Shown here in pieces: positions 25,065 through 32,000 of a DNA stretch of 32,000 nt (position 1 is the stretch's first letter; each line of letters starts with the position of its first letter). The stretch comes from Candidatus Jettenia sp. (lineage in GTDB: Bacteria > Planctomycetota > Brocadiia > Brocadiales > Brocadiaceae). A model generated the notes under the pieces. That model had not been told where the DNA came from. It did no database searches and saw only the letters and a list, made by a program, of their open reading frames with translations. The translations under genes were made by a program, and so were the position numbers. The stretch covers positions 323,736-355,735 of the forward strand of contig CP091278.1 of the NCBI GenBank assembly GCA_021650895.1, written 5' to 3'.

Positions 25065-26357
25065 CTAATGTTGAGGGTGGTCCGTATGATGGAAAATTCC
25101 AAATAACTTTTTGATGGTTTCTACGTATCGATATCCACCTCCGTTTTTCGCCTCTTGTTTTGCTACCTTTGCCGGGTGGTGAAGGAGTTTATTAATGGTA
25201 CGTTCAATAGTGTAAACAACTTGTTCCCATTCTCCATCTTGCATGTTTTTCAGTTTTGGTTTTAAACGATTTAACTCTTCCCTGCCGATCGCATGAAAAT
25301 GATTCCGCAATAGGGTTATTGCAGGTTCTATCTTTATTTCCTCAAGCTTTGCCATAAAATGTTCTACTTCCTCTTCAATAATACTACGGCATTTTTCTAT
25401 CTCTCTGGTTCGCTCATCGATGTTTTGGCTTACGACAGATTGTAAATCATCAATATTGTAGAGATATACATTGTCAATTTTGGCGACGTCAGGTTCAATA
25501 TCTCTTGGAACGGCAATATCTATGAGGAATATAGGATTTCCCCTCCGGTGTTTGATGGCCTCTTTTATCTGCTGGGCATGAATCACATAGTGAGGAGCGG
25601 AAGTGGAGCTAATAATAATATCAGCCTTTGCGAGGTATTCTCCCAGTAATTCATATTTAATGGCCTGGCCATGATATGTGTGAGCAAGTTCCTGTGCACG
25701 TTCAAATGTGCGGTTTGCAACCACGAATGTACGCGCTCCTTCTTCATACAGATGCTTTATGAGAAGCTCGCACATTTCACCGGCGCCTACCACGAGAACC
25801 ATTTTTCCGGTAAAATCCTGAAATATTTTTTCGGCAAATTCTACTGCTACAGAACTTATAGAGACCTTTCTCTTTCCAATAGAAGTTTTCGTATGCACGA
25901 TTTTAGCGACATTGAGCGCCTGCTGAAATAGCTGATTGAGGACCTTTCCCGTGGATTCCTGCAAAGACGCTATGGTATAGGCTTCTTTAACCTGTGACAG
26001 GATTTGTGATTCTCCTAATACCATAGAATCAAGGCTGGTAGTGACAAAGAAAAGATGATTAACCGCCCGGTCGTCCTTGTTATGGTACATATAAGGGGAA
26101 AAAACAGGTAACTCAACCTTGTGGAAATCAGCAAGGAATGAAAGGACATCCTCTGCTTGAATAGTGCCATCCAAAGAGGATACATATATTTCAACACGGT
26201 TACAGGTCGATAAGATAACAGCTTCTGCCTTTTGATATTTTTGAAGAAAATAGGATAAAGCAGTGGGGATATTATTAGCATTAAAAGCAAGTTTTTCTCT
26301 AACCTCTACAGGGGCTGATTTATGGTTCAACCCTACAACTAAAATACTCATGTCCAA
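25065..26357 (-). CDS. hemA: Glutamyl-tRNA reductase
   Basis: N-terminus ..ILVVGLNHKSAPVEVREKL, catalytic-Cys region LSTCNRVEIY, NADPH fold VVGAGEM. 430 aa. Confidence 0.9.
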   Translation of the reverse strand: MDMSILVVGLNHKSAPVEVREKLAFNANNIPTALSYFLQKYQKAEAVILSTCNRVEIYVSSLDGTIQAEDVLSFLADFHKVELPVFSPYMYHNKDDRAVNHLFFVTTSLDSMVLGESQILSQVKEAYTIASLQESTGKVLNQLFQQALNVAKIVHTKTSIGKRKVSISSVAVEFAEKIFQDFTGKMVLVVGAGEMCELLIKHLYEEGARTFVVANRTFERAQELAHTYHGQAIKYELLGEYLAKADIIISSTSAPHYVIHAQQIKEAIKHRRGNPIFLIDIAVPRDIEPDVAKIDNVYLYNIDDLQSVVSQNIDERTREIEKCRSIIEEEVEHFMAKLEEIKIEPAITLLRNHFHAIGREELNRLKPKLKNMQDGEWEQVVYTIERTINKLLHHPAKVAKQEAKNGGGYRYVETIKKLFGIFHHTDHPQH

Positions 26358-26407
26358 TCCTTAGTCAAATAGAAACGATATAGAATTTCGGTTGCAGCCT
26401 AAATTTT

Positions 26408-27277
26408 TTATTGAATATGTAAAATCTTTGTATGAGATTGTTCGTTGACATTCTGAAAGGCATGTTTGGATCCCATAAAGAAGGTACCGATAAAGGTAAA
26501 AAGCACAAGGCAAAAACCTGCAATAGTCAAACATGCGATCTTTGTACCATGAAAAGATGCGACAAGGCGCATATGCAACAGCGCTGCGTATATGAGCCAG
26601 GTTGCCAAACCAAGAATAACCTTGTAATCCAAATACCACATCTCGCCTAAAATATTTTGTGTTTTTACCCAAAAAGTACCAAATACAAGTCCTAAGGTGA
26701 GGAGAGGAAAGCCAAAAGAAATTGTTTTCCACATAAGCTTGTCAATTCCTTCCAATGAGGGCAATCTATTAAAAAGAGGGCCAAATAACTTATGTTTTAA
26801 TTGTCTTTGCTGTGTTAAATACATGATACTCAGGCTAAAGGATATGGTAAAGGCGGCGTATCCTACAAATATAGGGATAATATGCGCTATAAGCCAAAAG
26901 TTCTGAAGATGCACGGTAATGAGCAGATTCCCTCCATCAAATGTAAGTGCCCATAGTGAAAGCGCTGTAACAACAGGAATTAAAAAAGTATCTAGAGAGG
27001 GTAATTTGTAAAGATAATCCAGATTGATGTAAACAAAGAGAATACACCAGAGTAATGATATGAAGGATTCGTATACATTGGTTATCGGGATATTGCTTGA
27101 TTCAAAACCCAGGAATACCAGAAAACCGCTGTGAATAAAGAATCCCATCATCATAGACCACTTGACTACTTTTCTATTAAAAGCAAGTGGTTTTACGATG
27201 GATCCTATAGACCATACCGAAGATATGAAATAGAGGACTATAACAATTATAAAAGGAGTATGTGGTAACGATATCAT
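26408..27277 (-). CDS. CcsA/ResC-family (HemX-like) polytopic membrane protein
   Basis: About 8 hydrophobic segments. Sits directly upstream of hemA on the same strand. The Trp-rich region FWVKTQNILGEMWYLDYKV is a degenerate version of the WGxxWxWDPKE haem-handling motif. Confidence 0.6.
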   Translation of the reverse strand: MISLPHTPFIIVIVLYFISSVWSIGSIVKPLAFNRKVVKWSMMMGFFIHSGFLVFLGFESSNIPITNVYESFISLLWCILFVYINLDYLYKLPSLDTFLIPVVTALSLWALTFDGGNLLITVHLQNFWLIAHIIPIFVGYAAFTISFSLSIMYLTQQRQLKHKLFGPLFNRLPSLEGIDKLMWKTISFGFPLLTLGLVFGTFWVKTQNILGEMWYLDYKVILGLATWLIYAALLHMRLVASFHGTKIACLTIAGFCLVLFTFIGTFFMGSKHAFQNVNEQSHTKILHIQ

Positions 27278-27447
27278 ATCATAAATAATTTAAGAGATAA
27301 ACATTCATTAATCAACCAAAATCTTAAAACATCATCTTAATTTTTGCATTTTTTTTATTTGACAAAGACACGGTTGTCCGATAACCTAAGATTCTGTCGT
27401 ACTATGAATGTAATTATCTCAAATAATGTTCATAATAAGGAATTGTT

Positions 27448-27672
27448 ATGGATGAGAATATAAAGAAGATAACGAAAAAGACCAGTATTGGGGATGTGAT
27501 TAAGCAATATCCCGAGACGGAACCTGTTATAAAAAAATATTTCGGTTCCGGTTGTTTTACATGTCCAGGCTCAAAGATGGAAGACATTTCATTTGGTGCT
27601 ACGATGCATAATATTGACCCTGAAGTAATCATTAAAGAATTGAATGAAGTTATTAGTAAGAAAAAAAGTTAA
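27448..27672 (+). CDS. DUF1858 / hybrid-cluster-protein-associated redox-disulfide domain protein
   Basis: 74 aa. TIGDVIKQYPET..GCFTCPGS..ISFGATMH is typical of this family. Confidence 0.7.
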   Translation: MDENIKKITKKTSIGDVIKQYPETEPVIKKYFGSGCFTCPGSKMEDISFGATMHNIDPEVIIKELNEVISKKKS

Positions 27673-27704
27673 CTATTTCATAACATAATCAAGGAGATTG
27701 ATCA

Positions 27705-27923
27705 ATGAGAGAAAAAGTAGAAGAAGCACTTAATCATATTAGACCTGCACTACAGGCGGATGGCGGCGATATTGAATTAGTAGATATAGAGGGAGGTATT
27801 GTGAAGGTGCGCCTGAGAGGAGCTTGTGGAACTTGCCCAAGTGCACTCATGACGCTAAAGTATGGTGTGGAAGAACGTCTTAAAGAAGAGATCCCTGAAG
27901 TAGAATCTGTGGAACTTGCATAG
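27705..27923 (+). CDS. NifU C-terminal (Nfu-type) Fe-S scaffold/carrier domain protein
   Basis: 72 aa. IRPALQADGGDIELVD..V.L.GACGTCPS motif. Confidence 0.85.
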   Translation: MREKVEEALNHIRPALQADGGDIELVDIEGGIVKVRLRGACGTCPSALMTLKYGVEERLKEEIPEVESVELA

Positions 27924-28086
27924 TTCGGTTTCATTTTGCTAATAGTTTACCGCAGAGTTATGGAAGATTTTATAGAAAAGATAACAAATAAATTGTGTGC
28001 TTCTCTAAGAAAAACAAATTCTTGTATTGCATTATCCTCTGCGGTAGGCTTATCCTTATGAGAATACTACTATTAAGGAGTTTTAC

Positions 28087-28764
28087 ATGAGTTTAGTACT
28101 TGGCCCCATACATCATTGGATGTACGGGAAAATAAAAACCACGGAGGCACGGGAGTCTGCCATCATTTCTGCATTTAAATCAAAGTACGGTGCAGAAGCG
28201 GATGACCTTCTTGTACAGGTATATAAAAAGTATCCAAAATCGAGTGTTAGCAAACCGCTTGAAGAATTATTGGCCAACAAATCAATTCATCAAGGAATCC
28301 AAAGCCTCATTATAGAAGTGGAGACGAGAGAAGCCGCTGTGATTGCTGCGTTCTGTTCCAAATATCATGATGCTGCAAAAGTAGCTGCAGAGGCTGCGCA
28401 TAAACACGGAATAAACTGTGGTAAAGAGGCCATCAAGAACAAGGGACTATCAGGAGCCGATTGCAACAATACATCAAAAGTATTTGAGGTAATGGGAGAT
28501 TATCACAGTGATGGGATGCCCTGTGACCGGGGAGCGCAGATAGTATCAGAATCTGACAAACGTACCTTATGGGATCACGAAAGCTGTATTCATGAGCAAT
28601 ACTGGAAGAGCGCAGGAGCAGATTTTTTAACCATGTGTACTATCATTAATGAATGGATTGCAGGGTTTGGTGAAGGAATACAGAGTAAGATCAGATATAA
28701 GAGAGAAAAAGCTATTGCAGCAGGTGATCCATCATGTTTAGGTAGTTTCGAAATTAAAGACTAA
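28087..28764 (+). CDS. Hypothetical Cys-rich protein; the C-terminal part faintly resembles L-2-amino-thiazoline-4-carboxylate hydrolase-like domains
   Basis: Good Shine-Dalgarno (AAGGAG). Internal duplication E(A/T)RE.A.I.AF.SKY at about residues 20-38 and 79-97. C-terminus ..MCTIINEW..AAGDPSCLGSFEI. The family assignment is weak. Confidence 0.5.
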   Translation: MSLVLGPIHHWMYGKIKTTEARESAIISAFKSKYGAEADDLLVQVYKKYPKSSVSKPLEELLANKSIHQGIQSLIIEVETREAAVIAAFCSKYHDAAKVAAEAAHKHGINCGKEAIKNKGLSGADCNNTSKVFEVMGDYHSDGMPCDRGAQIVSESDKRTLWDHESCIHEQYWKSAGADFLTMCTIINEWIAGFGEGIQSKIRYKREKAIAAGDPSCLGSFEIKD

Positions 28765-28771
28765 ATAAGGC

Positions 28772-29797
28772 ATGTCAGAACGTTATGTCCGGCAGACAAT
28801 GTTTTATGGTATAGGCAATCATGGCCAAAAAATACTTATGGATAAGTCTGCCGTGCTTATCGGTTGCGGTGCCTTAGGCTGCACCTCAGCAAACCTTCTT
28901 GTCCGCAGCGGAATTGGATGCCTAAAAATTGTAGACCGTGATTATATTGAAGAAAGTAATTTGCAACGCCAATCGTTATTTGACGAAGAAGATATAAAAA
29001 AAAACCTTCCCAAATCTGTCGCCGCACAAAAAAAACTTCAAGCAGTTAATTCCCATATCCAGATTGAATCCTGTGTTGCTGACCTTAATCCATCGAATAT
29101 AGAGTCCCTTTTAGAGAATACCGATATTGTTATTGATGGAACTGATAATTTTGAAACACGGTTCCTGATGAATGATTATTGTGTGAAAAAAGAGATACCC
29201 TGGATTTATGGGGCATGCATCGGATCTGTAGGTTTAATCATGGATATTGTTCCGTCAAAAACGCCCTGTTTGCGGTGCCTGCTTGATCATATCCCGCCTT
29301 TTGGCACCACAGAAACATGCGATACGGCAGGGATTATTGCACCCATTGCCAGTATTATTGCTTCTATCCAAGTAGCAGAAGCATTAAAGATCTTAACAAA
29401 CAACTTTGATGTCTTAAATAACGGTCTTTTAAAGATAGACATCTGGCAAAATGAGATAAAAAGATTGCATGTCGGGGATATCAAAAGGAAGTCTGATTGT
29501 GTAACATGCAAACAACATTATTATGAATTCCTGTCCAAAGATAGCTATTCAATGACCACCTCTTTGTGTGGCAGAAATGCCGTACAAATTTTACATCCCA
29601 ACAGATCAAAATTAGATTTAACGCAGCTTGCAGCACGACTTGAAAAAGTGGGAACGGTCTCTTTTAATAACTTTTTATTACGGTTAAAGACAGAGAAATA
29701 TGATATAACGGTATTTCCTGATGGGCGTTCAATTATTTCTGGCACAAATGATATGTCTTTAGCAAAAGGGCTTTACGCAAAATATATAGGAATGTAA
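28772..29797 (+). CDS. ThiF/MoeB/HesA-family E1-like adenylyltransferase with a C-terminal extension
   Basis: RY.RQ..., GCGALGC nucleotide loop, DRD..E.SNLQRQ, two CxxC pairs (CLRC, CVTC). The tail ..FPDGRSIISGTNDMSLAKGLYAKYIG resembles long Bacillus-type ThiF. Confidence 0.8.
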   Translation: MSERYVRQTMFYGIGNHGQKILMDKSAVLIGCGALGCTSANLLVRSGIGCLKIVDRDYIEESNLQRQSLFDEEDIKKNLPKSVAAQKKLQAVNSHIQIESCVADLNPSNIESLLENTDIVIDGTDNFETRFLMNDYCVKKEIPWIYGACIGSVGLIMDIVPSKTPCLRCLLDHIPPFGTTETCDTAGIIAPIASIIASIQVAEALKILTNNFDVLNNGLLKIDIWQNEIKRLHVGDIKRKSDCVTCKQHYYEFLSKDSYSMTTSLCGRNAVQILHPNRSKLDLTQLAARLEKVGTVSFNNFLLRLKTEKYDITVFPDGRSIISGTNDMSLAKGLYAKYIGM

Positions 29798-29803
29798 TAA
29801 ATT

Positions 29804-30952
29804 ATGATCTATCTCGATAATGCAGCAACGACATTTCCAAAACCGGAAATTGTCTATAAGACAATGGACACATTCTATCGGACCTTAGGTGCGAACCCTG
29901 GCCGCTCGGGCCACAGGATGGCTGTGGCAGCAGAAAAAGAAATTGAGGATACACGCAATGTTGTTGCACGATTATTTGGTATCAAGGATTCGCGGCGGTT
30001 TATTTTTACGTTTAATGCCACTGATGCGATAAATATGGGAATTAAAGGATTACTCAAAACGGGTGATCATGCCATTACAACTCATCTTGAACATAATGCT
30101 GTATCCCGATCTCTTTATAGTCTTGAGAAAAAGGGCATCATCACAATAACTAAGGTTAAAAATTCTCTGGAAGGTCTTATTGATCCAAATGATATTAAGA
30201 CTGCTATTACGTCCAAAACCCGATTAATCGTTATGGCACATGCTCCTAACGTTCTGGGTACGATTCAACCGATTAAGGAAATTGGTTCCATTGCAAGAGA
30301 ACATGATATTTTGTTTATGGTAGATGCTGCTCAAACGGCGGGGGTATGTGAAATTGATGTTAATAAATATGCCATTGACATGCTTGCCTTTACAGGACAC
30401 AAAGGTACGTTAGGGCCAACAGGGACTGGCGGATTGTATGTAGGGGAGCGATTAACGCTTGACCCCTGGCGGGAAGGCGGTACAGGTTTTGAGCCTGCAT
30501 TATTATCGCAACCGGAAGAGTTACCGTTTAAACTCGAGAGTGGGACACCCAATACGGTGGGTATAGCAGGTTTGAGGGCCGGTATTGAATATATTGCATC
30601 CGCAGGTATTCATACCATCAGAATGCATGAACAAAAATTAATCAATAAACTCATACAGGCACTAAAAGATGATCAGCGTTTTATCCTGTATGGAACACAG
30701 GAGATATCGAAGAAAGTAGGCATTCTTTCTCTCAATGTAAAGGGATTTAAGCCGGCGGAGATCGGAGCCATCCTTGATCAGTCTTTCGATATTGCGGTGC
30801 GTCCGGGTCTTCATTGTGCTCCTTTTGCGCATCAGATGATGGGGACATTTCCCGATGGAACCGTAAGGATAAGCCCCGGATGTTTTACTACAGAGGAAGA
30901 GATAGATCAACTCATAGCTGCACTCGATCAAATTGCGAGTGAGGAAATATAA
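29804..30952 (+). CDS. Class V aminotransferase-fold cysteine desulfurase
   Basis: IYLDNAATT N-terminus, PLP Lys in FTGHKG, ESGTPN, active-site Cys in RPGLHCAP. Confidence 0.85.
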   Translation: MIYLDNAATTFPKPEIVYKTMDTFYRTLGANPGRSGHRMAVAAEKEIEDTRNVVARLFGIKDSRRFIFTFNATDAINMGIKGLLKTGDHAITTHLEHNAVSRSLYSLEKKGIITITKVKNSLEGLIDPNDIKTAITSKTRLIVMAHAPNVLGTIQPIKEIGSIAREHDILFMVDAAQTAGVCEIDVNKYAIDMLAFTGHKGTLGPTGTGGLYVGERLTLDPWREGGTGFEPALLSQPEELPFKLESGTPNTVGIAGLRAGIEYIASAGIHTIRMHEQKLINKLIQALKDDQRFILYGTQEISKKVGILSLNVKGFKPAEIGAILDQSFDIAVRPGLHCAPFAHQMMGTFPDGTVRISPGCFTTEEEIDQLIAALDQIASEEI

Positions 30953-31068
30953 TCAGGCAAGAAAGATGAGGTTTTTGCAAAAATGCGTAAAGATATAGCT
31001 GTTTTTATTATAGTATTCCAAAGGATGAAATCGAATATATCATCAACAGAGGAAAGACTACCCCGTCG

Positions 31069-31150
31069 GTCATTGCGAGGGTATATTGTCCGAAGCAATC
31101 CCTTTGCATGTTTCAGAAGAGATTGCTTCGGAAAAATCCCTCACAATGAC
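31069..31150. repeat. Family-A inverted repeat, copy 3
   Basis: GTCATTGCGAGGGTATATTGTCCGAAGCAATC ... GATTGCTTCGGAAAAATCCCTCACAATGAC. Confidence 0.8.
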
Positions 31151-31480
31151 ATGTTTAAGGATTTTGTACGTTCCATGCATCAGTATACAACTAAGAATTC
31201 AACTTTTGCCACATTCTCTTCAGTTTCATCTATTGGATGCTATAATTTTACAACAAAATAATATTTTCTGTTTGCATTATTTCCTTTTATTCATGTATAA
31301 TCCACACTCGATAGGCAGATAGGTTGTTCGTTTAGATAATTTACAAGTCATCTTTTGTCTGATTTGGTTTTATAGGTTTGCTCGTTTCTGGAAGTGAAGT
31401 AATTTAAGAATAATTGTAGTTTGAGGTATCATGTATAAGCTTTGTTATATCGGGAAACTATAATATCCTAATACGGTAAA

Positions 31481-32000
31481 GTGAATAATCTAATAAAATA
31501 TTTTAAGACAACATCCTTATCCTTCGTAGTTTTTTTTGCAGCTTTTTTTATAACTGCCAATCCAAATGCTTATTCTTTTGACTATCACGAGCCAGTTCTC
31601 TCAATTACCAACTTTCTTGATTCACTTTCGTATGATTATAAGGGTTTTAACATAAAACTTACAGGAATATCAGTTGGTGAGACCTATGATGATAATGTTA
31701 CCTTTGAAAATGAGAATGAAAAAGACGATTTTATAACGGATGCGAGTATCGGATTCGGTATAAGCTATATAGGTAAGGCCAGTAGTTTTGAATTAGTGGG
31801 TAATTTACACAGTCAGGCATTTATGAAGAATAATGAATTCAACAATATCTCTGAAGATATTAATTTTAGTTTTAATCATGAATTCTCAGAAAATGATCGC
31901 TTGAGTGTAAAAAATTTCTTTGTTTATTCAGAGGCCCCTCTCTTTTTCCGGGATGATTTTTTTGATGAACAGTTTGTAAGAGAAGGAGGACGATTTAAAC
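31481..32000 (+). CDS. 5'-partial secreted protein (possibly outer-membrane) that runs off the window
   Basis: Not in the ORF track. I read frame 31481 by hand: it is open to the end of the window (173 codons), starts at GTG after an in-frame TAA at 31469, and has a signal-peptide-like N-terminus ..SLSFVVFFAAFFITANPNAYS. The composition is rich in alternating aromatic and polar residues. Confidence 0.5.
   Translation, partial: MNNLIKYFKTTSLSFVVFFAAFFITANPNAYSFDYHEPVLSITNFLDSLSYDYKGFNIKLTGISVGETYDDNVTFENENEKDDFITDASIGFGISYIGKASSFELVGNLHSQAFMKNNEFNNISEDINFSFNHEFSENDRLSVKNFFVYSEAPLFFRDDFFDEQFVREGGRFK

Noticed and set aside
27359-27387. TTGACA-17 nt-TAACCT, considered as the promoter of the DUF1858 gene
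   Set aside because: The -35 element and spacing are good, but the -10 element is weak (TAACCT), and nothing independent supports it. I left it out of the feature list.
27948-28055. A 9-bp inverted repeat ACCGCAGAG ... CTCTGCGGT spanning the Nfu-to-28087 spacer, considered as a riboswitch or terminator
   Set aside because: The arms are short and about 85 nt apart with an AT-rich interior. There is no U-tract and no resemblance to a riboswitch class I know.

Overview
AT-rich bacterial window with unusually long intergenic regions (about 0.5-1.4 kb) that carry at least five families of palindromic or MITE-like repeats. I cannot determine the taxon from sequence alone. The gene content and repeat style remind me of anammox planctomycetes (Brocadiales), but that is a hypothesis. 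Left third, all on the + strand: a bis-MGD molybdoenzyme (NasA/NarB-like), a double-PAS histidine kinase with a MITE inserted at its 5' end, two tandem paralogous sigma-54 response regulators, and then a c-di-GMP block (PAS-HD-GYP, a Zn-ribbon protein, PAS-GGDEF). The GGDEF gene has a near-consensus -24/-12 promoter and two upstream palindromes. Middle third (15.2-25.1 kb, + strand) is the most interesting part: a non-housekeeping acyl-ACP gene cluster. It contains acpS, a B12-domain radical SAM enzyme, an intact ketosynthase with no canonical start codon, a ketosynthase-like partner that has lost its whole Cys-His-His triad, a FadH-type dienoyl reductase split by a frameshift, a crotonase, FabG and a muconolactone-isomerase-fold protein. 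The cluster is interrupted by a repeat-flanked PD-(D/E)XK gene that has a heptad tandem repeat. I interpret it as a candidate pathway for an unusual lipid, possibly a polyene-derived or ladderane-type one. Right third: hemA with a CcsA/HemX-like membrane protein on the - strand, then DUF1858, Nfu, an unknown protein, a ThiF-type E1 and a class V cysteine desulfurase, and a 5'-partial secreted protein at the window edge. I found no rRNA, tRNA or CRISPR.
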